A DNA stretch of 64,000 bases from the human T2T-CHM13v2.0 reference genome, Homo sapiens: the NCBI RefSeq assembly GCF_009914755.1, contig NC_060935.1; one strand, 5' to 3'. This document shows, in pieces, positions 40,783-56,994 of the stretch (positions within the stretch are counted from its first letter, which is position 1; each line of letters begins with the position of its first letter). A program made the translations under genes and the position numbers. Below the pieces are notes generated by a model that worked only from the letters and a program-made list of their open reading frames with translations, did not search any database and was not told where the DNA came from.

Positions 40783-41340
40783 GAAAAGTATCACAAAGAG
40801 AAAAGTACATAAAGAGGTGAGCCAAAACTTCATCAAGGAAATTGTCACTGCTGAGTCTTAGCCAAGAAGCCCAAAGCTGAGGAGAAAATAAAGTAGGAGG
40901 GTTTCTAAGAAACCTAGAAGTTGTGCAGAGCATTAGGCAGTTGCATGGTGCTGAGGAGAAAAAGTGCAGTTCAAACTAGCCAAGGTCTTAGGAAAACCCC
41001 AGTCTTTCCACTGGAACCCAAGAAGGTCTATAAACAGCAGAAAACACAAAATTTAAAAAAGACCAACTTTCACAAAAACTGAAATGAATAACCTCAATAG
41101 AAGTATGTATTAATGTAATCTGGCCCTTCCTTGACTTTCAAAAAAATAAAGTAAAATAAAAATATAAATATGCTTTAAATAAATATAACATCAATGGGAC
41201 TAAAATAACAGTAAAATAACTCTGTATTTTTATACCAAATGGCTGGAATTTAATTTTAAAAAATTACCAAGCCTACTAGAAGACCAAATGACTGAAAATA
41301 TTTGAGAGAAAAGCTATAAAATATAAATTAACATGCAGAG

Positions 41341-41751
41341 TGTATTAAGCAATTCTTGCATTGCTGCCAAGAAATGCCAGAGACTGGGTAATTTATAAGA
41401 AAAGTGCTTTAAAGTGGCTCATGGTTTTGCAGGCTGTACCAGAAGCATACTACCAGCATCTGCTTCTGGGGAGGCCTCAGGAAGCTTACAGTCATTGAGA
41501 AAGGCTAAAGGGGACCAGGAATTTCCCATGGCAGAGCAGAGGCAAGAGAGATGGGGGTGGGCCAGGATGCCACACTTTACAACAACCAGATCTCCCAAGA
41601 ATGAACTCACTCATCACCAAGCGGATGGACTAAGCCATTCATGAGAAATAAACCCCCATAATCCAAACACCTCCCACCAGGCCTCAACTCTAACACTGGA
41701 AATTATATTTCCACATGAGATTTGGAGAGAACTCACATCCAAACAATATCA
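41341..41751 (-). mobile_element. MSTA/MSTB MaLR solo LTR
   Basis: TGTATTAAGC...GCTTCTGGGGAGGCCTCAGGAAGCTTACA...CCAAACAATATCA; TSD CAGAG/CAGGG. Confidence 0.9.
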
Positions 41752-43125
41752 CAGGGGAATGAAAGATATTTCTGTATCTAGGAACAGATATTTAACAAAT
41801 TTTGATAAATTCATTCAAGGAAATGCATAACAGAATGAAGAATTTAAACTCAGAAATGGAATCTACTTAAATATACTCAATTCAAAATTATAGAACTATA
41901 AAATTCAATAACTGAAATTGATGTTTCTGTAGATAGTTTTAACAGAACAACAAACACAAGATGAGGTAATTAAGTTGGCAAATAACAGAAAATATCTAGA
42001 CTTAAGGCTAGAGGTTGGGGGAAGATAGATAATATAGAAAAGAGTGTAAAAAATATGAGATTTAGGAAAAGTCTCACATAGATTTAATTGAAGTCCCACA
42101 AGCAAAGGGCAGGAGAATGAAATTGAAGTATCATTTTCAAGTGTTATTAAGATTCTACAAATTCAAAGGAGAATAAATAGAAAGAAAATCACACCTATAC
42201 ACATCTTCAACCTTCTGAAAACCAAAGACAAAGAGAAAATCTGAAAAGTATCTGGAACAAATGGACATGTGATCTTCAAAGGAGAAACAATGAGAATGAA
42301 ACTTATTTCTCAATGAAATGATAGAATCCAGAAGATGATTGAATGGCATCATTAAAAAACTGAAAACAGCAACAATATAAACCCTTATCAATCTAGACTT
42401 GTCTGCCCAGTGAACATACCCAAAATAGAAATTAAAAAGTAAAGGTTTCCTTGTTCACATTTTAAAAACTGGGAAAATTTACCACCAATTGACCGAAACT
42501 ACAAAAATACTCAAGGTAATACTCTGGGCAGAAGAAAAATAATCCCAAATGGAAGGATAGAAACACAAAAAGAAATATAATACAAAAGCAATGGTAACAT
42601 GTGGGTAAATTTAAAGGATAAATGACTATAAAGACAATGTTCTATATAGAAAATTTAAGTACAAAGTAAAAATGACACAAAACGCATAAGGTGAAATGGC
42701 ACTAAAATATTGTAACATTACTGAATTGTCTGAGAAAAAGTAAAATTACCGAATTACATTAGTCTAAAATATATTGTAATTGCAAGAAGGTCTGCTAAAT
42801 GAAAGCCGAAAGTATTTAAAATTAGCAAATGAATGTGGAAATGGCATGCAACAAAATATTTAATTAGTCACAATATGATAATAAGTAAAAAGAAACTAGA
42901 GTGAAGGACACTTCTGGAATGGTGAAGTGAAGACTTCTGTTAAACTCGTCCTCTGTAAAAGCAAGGAAAACATTTGGCAAATATTGCTAGAAATAACATT
43001 TTCAGAACCATAGAAATTAACCAAAGGCTGGCTGCCCTCTGAAGATCATTTATGCAAAAACAAAACTGAACTAAACAGAACAAAAAACTGTGCTAAACCT
43101 AAGTGAAAAGAGGATTGGTAGTATT

Positions 43126-43431
<306 letters not shown>

Positions 43432-44613
43432 TAGTATTATTAATTTGATGTACTCCTATCTTCCTCTCCCAGGCCTGTGGTAACTTGGAAAGACAGTAGA
43501 CTAACAATTGCAGTAGTTGTGAACAACTGCAGCCTTGCAGCTAAAGGAAGGAATAGTCTGCATGAGGAGGTCTTCAGAAAGTCCCATCCCAGAGCGTTGT
43601 CAGTATTTCATACCAATTTCTGGTCCCTGAGAAAGGCCCATTCACAGGGTGTTGTTTTTATCTGGCCTGACTCAGTTTGTTCCACCAAAAAAAAAAAAGC
43701 CCTATCACCAGGCATGTATTGAAAAAAATCAGCAGCAATTATGTAACATTGCAGCTGACTGAGACTATGATACCAGTCGAAGCAATAAGAGAGCCCCTAA
43801 AAGGAAGATTTGAGGAACGTGGTAACCATGGGGGCTTTGCAAAGTTCTGACATATTTCTGGGGACTTAGCAGATTGTGCACATGTGCAGGGCTTTGTGCA
43901 GGCCCGGAAAAATCCAAAATGCACTCCAGCCTCTCTCCATTGTCTGACCTGGAAATCCTATGCAAGTGAGAGAAAAGGCCAAGGCAGAGTTTTAAACTGT
44001 CTGAGTGTTAATACTGTGTTCTCAGACAATTTCAAGCTGACTGACAAAGGACAGAAGGAAGGCCCGCTGGTTCAAGACATTCAAGAAATCTCTGACCAAT
44101 CATTAGTTGACCACTAAGCTAACCGAACATAATTAATTCTAATGTTACAGAATTAGCCCAGAAAATTCACCAAACAAACAGAAAACAAAATGAGGAGACA
44201 ATCTCATTTCTAATTTCAAGAGTTGCCACATTAACTTATCTAAAATTTCCAGGTTTTAGCAAAATTGTAAGGCACGTGAAGAGGAAAGTATAGTCCCTAA
44301 TAGGGGAATGAAAGAGTCCATAAAAACTGTTCCTGAGGGAACTCAGCTCCTATACTTATTGGATAAATATTTTAAATCTGTTATTATGAATACAGTCAAA
44401 GAACAAAAATAATCTATATATGAAGAATTAAGGTAATTGTATGTCTACATGAAAAGAATAAAGTTGGACTTCAACCTCAAACCATATACAAGAATCAACT
44501 CAAAATGGATAATACGTCTAAATGTAGCCATTAAAATTACAAAACTCTTAGAAGAACACAGGATTTCATCTTCATGACCTTATGTTAGTTAGTGGTTTCC
44601 TAGCTATAATTTA

Positions 44614-45065
<452 letters not shown>

Positions 45066-45524
45066 CTAGAATATATAAAAACTGTCTTAATAATAAAATA
45101 AAAATTCAATTTTTTAATAGGCACAGTGTCAGAATGTATATTTCTTCAAATATAAATGACCAATAAACACAAGAAATATTACACAGATTGTTAGTCATTA
45201 GGAAATGCAAATCAACATGGTTTTATATTATTTTGTACACAGTAGGATGGCTATAATTTGAAAAACACAATGACAATCATTGGTGCAAATGTGGCAAAAT
45301 TGAAATGTTTATATGTATATTGCTGGTGCAAAGTTAAAATAGCGCAGACACTTTGGAAAACAGTTTGGTAGTTCTTCAACATACTAAATATAGAGTTATC
45401 ATATGTTTGGGCAATTTCACTCCTGGATAAATACCCAAAAGAAATAAAAACATACATTCATACAAAATTTATACATGAGTGTTTATAGCATCATTGTTCA
45501 CAATAGCTAAAAGTAGAAAGGATT

Positions 45525-45885
<361 letters not shown>

Positions 45886-46830
45886 CTATGCAATGGAGTA
45901 TTATTCAGGTATATAATTAAATGAAATACTGTTACATGCTACAACATGGATGAAACTTGAAAGACATACTACTGGAAAGAAGGTAGTCACAAAAGACCAC
46001 ATATTGTTTGATTCCATTTAAAGACAATCTAATAGGCAATAGAGACAAAAAAATACATTAGTGGCTGCCTAGGTTTGGGTAAGTAGAGAGGTAAGATGAC
46101 TGCTAATGGGTACAGGCTTCTTTTTGGGGTAATAAAAAATGTTCTACAATTAGATTGTGCTGATAATTACACAGCTCTGAGACTACCCTACTTAATTATA
46201 CGTGCTAAATAGGTGAACCTTATAGCAATGTTATTAAATTATCTTTCAATAAAACTGTTCAAATCAAAAGAGGAATGTCAATGAGTGAAACAAACAACAC
46301 AAATAATAAGAAGAGATATTTAAATCAAAATATATTAATAATTATATTAACTACGAATTGACTAAACAACCCACTTAATACTCAAATATTGTCAAACTGA
46401 AAAACGAAGATGAGAAATAACTTTCAATATAAGAATAGAAAAACATTGAAATGTAAAAGTAGAAAAAGATATAACTTGCAAACAAATTTGAAGAAAGTCA
46501 CAGCAGGTATACTAATATCAATATAAACATAATTTAAGACAAGAAGCATGACTTGGCTAAAGAGGAACATTGTATTAAAATTTCAATGTAAAGAAGGATA
46601 TAGCATTTCTGATTGTGCACGATATTGTTAGCCTCAAAATAGATGAAGTACTGAACGGAGATGTAGCTAAGTTACAACCACCATTAGAGATTTTAACCTG
46701 AAGTTCACATCACAAGTAGATTTAAAAATCAGGAAAAATATAGAAGATTTGAATAATGTGATTGAGCAATGTAACATAATTGACATGTGTAAAATACACA
46801 CATATCAACTCCAGAAAACAGTTTTTGTCA

Positions 46831-47166
<336 letters not shown>

Positions 47167-47699
47167 ATGTATACTGCCCTTAAAATATTTGAATAAAAGA
47201 AGTAATGAAGGTGTATGTTTTCCAACCACAAAATATTTATGTTAAAAATTAATAACAGAAAAATTTTAAATATGTTTAAAAGATTAGCACAACTTCTAAA
47301 TAGCCTATGACTCAAATCAAAACCACAATGAAATATAGAAAGTGTTTTTTATTCACTGATGTGAAAATGTGTCGTTAAAACTTGTAGAATACAGTTTAAA
47401 CTCTTCACAGATAAATATTTTTTAATCTCAAAATACATGTCAAAAAAACACCTAAAAATCAGTGGTGTAAATATTTACCTTAAGAAGTTAGGGAAAAAGC
47501 AGCAAATTTTATGCAAAGTCACTAATGACACATAAATCAAATATAAAAGTGATAATCAAAAAAGCCACAATTTGATTCTTCGAAAGGGTTGATTAAAATG
47601 GTAAGCTTCTAACAATATTAATATGTTAAAAAATAAGAAAGAATATATTGTCAATATCAAAAGTGCAAAAGAGAACATCAGTATAGATCTGACAGATTT

Positions 47700-47965
47700 T
47701 GTTTTTTCTTTTAGAGCCTGAGTCTTGCTCTGTCACCCAGGCTGGAGTGCAGCCGTGTGGCCGTATTTCACTGCAGCCTCAAAATCCTGGGTTCAGGAGT
47801 TCTTTCTGCCTCACCCTCATGCCCAGCTAATTTTTTTTATGTTTTGTAGAGATAGGGTCATGCTTTGTTGCCCAGGCAAGTCTCGAACTCGTGGCCTGAA
47901 GCAATGTTCCCACTTCAGCATCCCAAAGTGCTGGGATTACAAGTGTGAGCCACCATGCACAGTCA
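47700..47965 (-). mobile_element. AluJ
   Basis: GTCTTGCTCTGTCACCCAGGCTGGAGTGCAG...CCCAAAGTGCTGGGATTACAAGTGTGAGCC. Confidence 0.9.
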
Positions 47966-49800
47966 GAATTTAAAATGTTTATAAGAGGATACTATTTAAA
48001 ACTTCATCTTGAAAATTTGAAAATTTAAATGAATTCAGAAAATTTGGTAGATAATACAGTTTACCAATATTAACAGGAAGCACTAAAAAAACTGGTCTTA
48101 ATTTTATTAAAGATGGAAATCTGCAATCTAAACTTTCTCAGAAAGAAAACTTTAGATCCAGATGGCATTAATCATTCATTCTTTTCAACATTTACAGGAA
48201 GAATATTATCCAAACTATGGGGAATAAAAAGATAAAATAACCCCCATATCATTTTATGAGCAATGCATACTTGATCAAAATCTGACAAGAACAGTACGAG
48301 GAAGAAAAATTACCAGGCAATCTCTCACAAACAGATGTAATCATCCTGAACAAAGGAATAGCAATCCATATTCAGCAAAGTATAAAATGAATAATATTTC
48401 ATATCCAAAAAATGTATATTCTAGAAACACAATCCATTAGAAAAATGCCTCAATGCAAATCACCACATTCATTGAATGAAGTAGAAAGATATGATTATTT
48501 CAATATATGCAGAAAAGCATTTAATAAAATACAATACCCATTTATGATTTTGGCAAAGTAGAAATAGAAGTAAAATTTTCATTCTCAAAATGAACATACA
48601 GCAAAAACTACAGTAATTATTATACTTTTAATAATAAAATATGAAAGATTTCAATCAGTGGTCAAGAAATATGACTGTTTATACTCAATATTGTACTGGA
48701 GGTCCTGGTCAATGTACTTAGGGGAAAAATGCAGAAATGTGAGCTTAAGAAAAGGAGAAATAAAGTTATCAGTATTTATAATTTTATTATAAACTTAGAA
48801 AATTCAGTATAATCTACAAATAAACTAAAATGAATAAGTACATTGAGCAAATTTATTGTATACAAGGATAATATTTAAAAAGTTAAATTCATTTGTATAT
48901 AGCTGCTATTTATAATGTATATTTTAAATATATGTATATTTAAATGATGACAACTGTGGCACTAGAAATAACAAATATCCAAGAAAAAATATAACAAAAG
49001 GTAAACAATAAAATACAAATATATTTTTTAAAAAATCAGTGAACTACCTCCAGTCTACCATGTTTATTGATTGGAACAAACAGCATTACAAAAATAGTCT
49101 CCCAAATGTATCTAAATTCAATGCAGTCATAATCAAAATCTAGTAGACATTTGTGTGTGTGCTTATGTTACGTGTGAAAATTGACAAGCTAATCTTAAAA
49201 TTGTAAAGGTGCATGCTTTATAGCTTATTCAAAGAATAGCTTAAAAATACTTAAAGAAGAAAAAAATTCAGGATGTACAATACTGAATATCAACACTCAT
49301 TATAAAACTACAATTAAAATAGTATTAATGTTCAAGGCTAGACAAATAAAACATTGGAACAGAATATTGTCCAGAAACAAACACATATAGCAATGCATAC
49401 ATAGAGATACTACGTATATGATAAAGATGTCACTCTAGAACAGTGGTTAAAGGTCAGTCTTTTCAATAAATGGTAATGGGTCAATTTGCTCTCAATATTG
49501 AAAGAAAAAATAAATCTTTACCAATACTTCACAAAAACCAGAAGAGTCAATTCTAGGTGAATTCCAGACCTAAATGTAATAGATAGTTTAATCATGTCTA
49601 TAGGAGATAACATGGAAAAACATATTTATTTTTTCAAGATAGACACATATTTCTTAAGCAGAATGTAGAAAGCACTACCATAAACAAAAATTGATAAATT
49701 GGGCAACATTAAAATTAAGAACTTACATTCTTCAAAGACAATTATATTGATTATATCTTGATTCAAATATATTGATTATATTGATTCAAAAACAATTATG

Positions 49801-50105
49801 AGCTAGGTGCGGTGGCTCACACCTGTAATCCCAGTGCTTTGGAGGCTGAGATGAGATGATCCCTTGAGGCCAGGAGTTGGAGAACAGCCTGGGTAACATA
49901 AAACCCATCTCTACAAAATATTGAAAAGTTAGCCGGGCATGGTGGCACATGCCTTTACTTTCAGTACTCAGGAGGATGAGGCAGGAGGATCCCTTGAACC
50001 CAGGAGGTCAAGATTGGCTGCAGCGAGCTATCATCATGTCACTGCACTCTAGCCTGGGTGACAGAGTGAGACCCTATCAAAAAATAAATGAATAAGATAA
50101 ATAAA
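49801..50105 (+). mobile_element. AluJ
   Basis: GGTGCGGTGGCTCACACCTGTAATCCCAG...GGAGGATCCCTTGAACCCAGGAGG. Confidence 0.9.
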
Positions 50106-50999
50106 AGCCACAGATGGTGCAAAGAAATACCATACATATAACAAACTAGGAACACTTGTCAAAATCCATGCAAATAAACAAAAGACAACAATTTATAAAG
50201 AGAAATTTCCAAATAGCCAAAGAATAGGGAATGCATACATCTGACGGTTTTCCTAGGACAGTTCTGATTCATGCCTACTGACATTGCTTCCAATTAGTAA
50301 TTCTTGTCATTCTCAAGGATTTTTAAAATTATTATAATAATACAAATGAATATAATTAATATATTTTATTTTTAAAAATTTACTCTTGAAATCTTAACTC
50401 AGGCCACTTATAAGAGTTAACCATTATACTGTGACTAATATCTACCTTATATTGGATGCTGTCCTCATTATATTCAGACTAAAATTTATTTGATTTTAAG
50501 TAGCCATTTACTGTCTCAGACTTTGTAATCACCCTGTCATTTTTTTCACCTAAACTGCTACCTAATGACATTTTCTGCCTTTAATTCTATGTTGGGCAGG
50601 TTTTCTTTTTAGGCCGAAGTGTAATATACCCATGTTAATTAGGATTTGATTAGTTTTATTATTTAGGCATTATTTTAACCTCATAAGATATATTAATATT
50701 TTAATTTTTGTTCATAGTAAAAAATTATTCATCATTGGTTTCCTTTGCATTCGTAGTTCTATGAATATATTAGCTACCCACCTCACAACTGAACAACCTA
50801 GAAATTTCATACATATGCTATTAAAATGCTAAATGAAATTAGGTGATCAATATATGTTTGCAAATTTATTGATGAATTTAAATATTTATAACCATATGGC
50901 TTGAAATACGTGCATATAATTCTATGAAATGAGCTGATATATAAATGCTCTATAAATCATGAGCTAAGTATAATTTCGTTTGACTGTTCCAAGTGATTG

Positions 51000-51258
51000 G
51001 CAGTAGAGTATAAAGTGTTTAGATTTAGAGCCAGACTGGGGAGGTTTGAATCCCACCTTGGCCACTTCCTCACTGCAGCACATCAGAGAAGTTACTTAAC
51101 CTCTCTGTGCTAAGTTACTTTATCTGTAAAAAGGAGATAACTCAAAGTATTATTTTGAAGATTAAATAGTCTAATACCTAAAAATCACTCAGAATACAGT
51201 TGTGCAATTGTGCAATATGATAGTTCTACTTTACACACAGTAAATGCTCAGTAAATGT
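51000..51258 (+). mobile_element. MIR SINE
   Basis: TTAGAGCCAGACTG...TTTGAATCCCACC...AAGTTACTTAACCTCTCTGTGC...ATCTGTAAAAAGGAGATAA. Confidence 0.8.
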
Positions 51259-51259
51259 T

Positions 51260-51600
51260 CCAAGGACAGTGGTCCAAGTTGTTCTGGAAATTCAGTGATA
51301 CAGGCTCCTTACATCATGTTTCTTTGTCACTACTGAGGGCTCTGTTTTTGTCTACAAAGCCAAAGTGGGTCATAGATACAGTCATCCTCCAGATGGCTGG
51401 AAGACAGAGGTGTATGGAGAAGTGCACATTCAATGCCTTAAGACTCATAATCGGAAGGGTGCTTACCATTTCCACTCATATTCCACTGGCAACAATGCAG
51501 TTATGTCATTAAACCTAGCTCTAGAGGAGCCTGGTGAAGGGAGTCTATTATTCTCTTACTCTGCAAGAACGGGAGAAGTAGATTTGGGTGGGGTAGAAGC
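51260..51600 (-). mobile_element. old MLT1-type MaLR LTR fragment
   Basis: CATTTCCACTCATATTCCACTGGC...AGTTATGTCATTAAACCTAGCT...GAGCCTGGTGAAGGGAGTCT. Confidence 0.5.
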
Positions 51601-51811
51601 AGCCAGGATCATATTTGGTATTGGTAATATGAGGTTGTTGCCCCTGAGTGGTTACAATGGGTAACACTGATTTAAGAAAATGTCTCTCTAAATGAGTGTT
51701 TCCCAGATAACTAAAATTAAGAAATTCTTCATATAAATAACAGTAATGTAGGAAAGATGCAGCCAAAGCTCAAATGCAGTTTTAATCAATCTATACATAT
51801 TAGGATGCTGA

Positions 51812-52094
<283 letters not shown>

Positions 52095-52730
52095 GAAACG
52101 TTTTTTAAAAAAATACTGCCATATAGAAAAATTGTCTTTACAGATACTCAAGTAACAATTTTAGCAAAATTCTCTCAAATTGATGTAGACATGTAACCTT
52201 TCTCCAAATTTATTAAAAGTGCCAGAACGGGGACTTTGTAGAATATACTTTGGGAATTACTTTTCTAGTTACTGCATAATTTCCAAATCTTTTGTATTTG
52301 CTGCATTCAAGGATTATACCCACGACAGCAGACAACTCACTGATGTCAGCCCCTGCAGGTTCTAGAGCCTGTTGTGGAATGATTGCGCCTGATTACGTTT
52401 CATATCTAATCAGCGAAAGAGCATATTTATGTCTGATATGTTGTCAGAGAAACCTCTTTTCAGCAATTTTTAAGCCTGCAGTAAACCACTGGTAAACCCC
52501 CTCCTTTATAGCATAGAGTGGCTGTTATCATGACAGTATTTTGATGAACCCAGGATCATGGGGCAGTTGAGGGAACTATGATATATCCTGGTTTCTTCAG
52601 CCACTGTCTCTCCTCCAGATCTTTCTCTAATCTGTGCTGATTGTGCTTCCATGAGCAAAATTCTAACACCAGACAATTGCAGCAATAAACTACATTTCCT
52701 TCCAGCCTGTGTGCTCTTAATGAAAACTTG

Positions 52731-53053
<323 letters not shown>

Positions 53054-54045
53054 TATGATAACATTTTAATAGATGAGAAAAACTTGAAAGTTAACTATTA
53101 ATGCATGGCAGTGTTATGATATTTCATATAAAAATATGAAACAATGTAGAACTATTATTTTTGTCTATCCTACAAAGATACAGTGTTCTATTTTTTCCTT
53201 AGGGAACATCTTAGTATCTACAGTTGAGGTAATTAACTGAAGTTAAACAGTATCTAATCTAAGTTGTATTGGTCATTAAAATTGTTTGTTTTATTATTAT
53301 TCAAAATGAATAATGAAATAAGGACATGAACAGAAACACGCAGCCCCAGGAGAGTAGAGTTAACTGGAGTCTGAGACAGGGTATTTCCCATTTCCAACTT
53401 GCTAAAGTTAAATCAGGAATCCAAATATGTACAGTTACCTCAAAAATGTCAGTAACAATGTGATAACTGTGTGTGGGAGAGAAATTTGACGTAAGGGTTC
53501 TTTTCCTGCAATGTTAAAATTAATTTAAGCGTAGCTATTGGAAATTGGACTTTGTAGTAAAGAAATAAAACTGCCAAGGAAGTTCCCAGAGAAGAGGTTA
53601 AAAGCAAGGCCAGCTCTAAGGACGCAGCACAGAGGCCTAGTAATAACATACCAGAAGAGAATCAACCCACAAATAGCATCATTTGCTTTTATCTCAAACA
53701 GCAACTGCTTCTTTCATAAGTGACACACTTTCCTGAGCAGAACAACTGTTGAGTATAAATTTATGTATGTTTATATAAACATACAATGTTATACCCCAAA
53801 GACAAACTTTTGTGATCAAGCATGTCTGCATTCTCGTTGTAAATTTTCCAGTGGGAATAAGTAAGAACTTTCACCTTCTTTGTCCTAAATGTAAGAATTA
53901 TTCATGCTTTATTGAAATTCATTAGGTGAAAAAAATGAAAGTTTGAAAACCGAAACATAGAATTAATTCACTTGACAAAGCAAGTAGTTGATCTCGAACA
54001 AAGGGGTACAATGAGCAGATTTAGGCCAGATTTAGAGCATCTAGG

Positions 54046-54489
54046 TTTCGGAGATAAAATTACAACAAATGTAGCTTAAATATTTTAATTGGCTTTTATT
54101 TGTGATTCTGGAATCACACAACACTTTATTCTTATAAAATTAAATGAGTGCTCCAGTGAATTGAGTGAGTAGAGGAGTTTGGCTTTATAGGCAGAAAGGG
54201 GCCACAGAAAGTAGAAACAGAACAAAAGTGGATTGGGTGTTTTAAAATTACTTTCGCTGTAAACGTTAAAGCCCGGGGGATTTCCTTATCATGTCAGCTA
54301 ACTGGCCTGTTTGGGGATTTGGCTATTATCTTTTAATCTCTCCTAATTTCTTGGAAAGTCAGATTAAAAAACGGTTTTGGCTTGGTGATATGAAACTTCA
54401 GCATGAGTAACTCCAGTTTGGTTTGGTCTGTTGAGCCTAGTGCAGGAATTCATTCTGAAGCAATAACCTCCTATAAATTCTACTTAACA
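54046..54489 (-). mobile_element. MER31/MER67-family ERV1 solo LTR
   Basis: Reverse complement begins TGTTAAGTAGAATTTATAGGAGG...CCTGCACTAGGCTCAACAGACCAAACC; TSD TAGG/CAGG. Confidence 0.8.
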
Positions 54490-55681
54490 CAGGTAAAAAG
54501 GTTGTTTTCAATTGCTTTAGGCATCTCTAGATACCTAGACTTGAGATTTTCTGGAGAAGCACTAGAAGCGAATCAATTCATTTCTTTTGGTTCTTTATAG
54601 CTTCAGGGTCTTCATCACCAGAGGGGCAATTTGGGTGATCAGAATGATTTTTTTTTTACAATACTACTTTCCACTGAAATTTTAAGGATTGGAGGTTACA
54701 CCATGATGGACCAAAGAACTCTGAGTAGAGAAAATATGTCAGTGTTCACTTTATCTTCCTTTGTTCCTCACTGCGTTTTTTCAGTAGCATCACTTTTGCT
54801 GAACCTAGGGGAGAATTTGTGAGGAGAAACACATACATAAAGGGAAAATAATCACTAGAATAACTTAGTTTGTATTCTACTAGGACAGAAATGTCCTAAA
54901 TCAGATTTCAGAGATATCTATGTGTGTTTTGAAAATACATATTAATCAATCTTTTTGAGTGTTGTTTACTTTTGAAGTGATGTCTACAAAACTAACCAAA
55001 TAAATGATTTCCTAAAAAGCAAATATGTCAACAAAATTAAGTAAACTAATTGTCATACTTAAAAATAATGACTAATGCTGCACCCAAAAGTTTTCTCTGA
55101 ATTTAAAAGGATTGTTGTAGGAAAGTTTATTGGAAAAAAATAAAAAATGAGGTTTAATGCTTTGTTAATTGATAAATATGCAAATTGTACATTAAAATAT
55201 CAAAATGTTGGCATATGGTTTTTTAACAAAATAAGTTAAATACATTCACTTAAAGAGTATTTACAATCAAATAGTGATTATCTCACAGTCCTAAAGCATA
55301 TCAATTCTGGAATGCTCAGATCACAAAATGAAATGCTATTTAAGACACAAAGATCACAGATATATAAAGTAAAACAATGCATATGCATAAAGTGCTTGAC
55401 CTATAAAAATAAAAAGTATGTAACTCAGGAGAAAAGCTGAGTCACTGATATCTTGCATAATCTGTTTTGGGACCCAAAACTGTACATAATGCTGCAGCAA
55501 TAAAATGCATAATTTCTATATCAATCACTGCATATTCAAAAGAATATACACGAAACTTCTCCACCGCTATTTATTTGGAATAATCGCCCTAGTCATTGAG
55601 GCAGTACTCCCAGGGACACACATAAATCTACTTTTCTCAACCTGCAAGCATTATTTCATCCTAGTTTTAAAACAATTAAGA

Positions 55682-56171
55682 CAGCATTAGGAGTTATACC
55701 TAATGCTAAATGACGAGTTAATGGGTGCAGCACACCAGCATGGCACATGTATACATGTGTAACTAACCTGCACATTGTGCACATGTACCCTAAAACTTAA
55801 AGTATAATAATAATAAAATAAAAAATAATTTCAATAAAGAAAAAAAATTCTGAGTACTTACTATTAAGCTATGTAGACAAAAACCGATGCTATTTTGTCC
55901 CACCAATTCTCTGTTCATTGATGCATCAGGAATTACTTTCCATCAAGAGATTTGCTCAATAAAAGCCCATACATTATTTTCTGTGTATGGATCAGAATAA
56001 AAGCACAAAGCAGCAACAGCAAATAAGGATGTATAAATCAGTGATTCAAATAAATATACATGACTACATAGCCACACAAATAAGGAATTTAATTATATAC
56101 ATACTGTGACAATATCCTTAATGCTTTGTAACTATAAATAAATTTATAATTTCCTCCCCCTCCCCCCAAAA
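55682..56171 (+). mobile_element. 5'-truncated L1PA3-like 3' end carrying a 3' transduction
   Basis: TAATGCTAAATGACGAGTTAATGGGTGCAGCACACCAGCATGG...AAAACTTAAAGTATAAT; TSD AAAACAATTAAGA at 55669-55681 and 56172-56184. Confidence 0.9.
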
Positions 56172-56194
56172 AAAACAATTAAGAAACTATGAAA

Positions 56195-56370
56195 TAATGT
56201 GAGAAAGCAAAGGCTTGGAACCAAGGGCCTGCCTGTGAGCTGTGTGATCTTGGACAGTAATGTTGCCTTCTACAGCCAAATTCCCCCACCTATAAAAATG
56301 GAATAACAATATCTACCTCACTGAATAATTAGGAGGGTTAGATGGGATAATATTTGGGGCTTACATTTTA
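56195..56370 (+). mobile_element. MIR SINE
   Basis: GCTGTGTGATCTTGGACAG...CTATAAAAATGGAATAACAATATCTACCTCAC. Confidence 0.7.
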
Positions 56371-56994
56371 ATTGTTAAAAGATCAGGTAATTCCAGTAAT
56401 TATTACAATTGTAGTTAAAACAACATAAACTTCCTTCAAACCCAAAAGTACTATGTAAGGTGTCAGGAATCTCAATTAAGAGTGTTCTTTGGTGATGAGC
56501 ATGATGGCACCGATCCTGTTGTGTCAAATTGCACTCAAGTTGTAAAGAGAAATTGTTTGGGACATTCATATTTATTCTTGAGACTTTCTAAGGCCATCAC
56601 CTGTTTGGGTAGAAATAGATAAAGATTAGATCAAAATCTGATTTTTAAGTGTGCATGTTGCAGCACCAGTTCAATGTACCATCCTACCAGGTGTTTTGTA
56701 GTAAGTTAAGAGCACTAGCTGGGAATGAATGAGACCTTGAGACTTCAGATAGAGATATTTGTGCAGACACAGATGAGGCTAAAATCATTGAGCTCCATAA
56801 ATTTCCTTGAATCTACTTTTTCATCAGAAGTATCTCCTCCCTATCCTGAAGGAATTTAGCTTCTCTTACATAAAAACATGACAAAGAATTCACTTAGGGC
56901 ATTTTCCTTATATGAGGATATTGATTATCTTCAGGATTCATCGTTATTGAGACTGGCATTCAGTATAGCCCAGACAGAAAAGCATGAGCTATAT

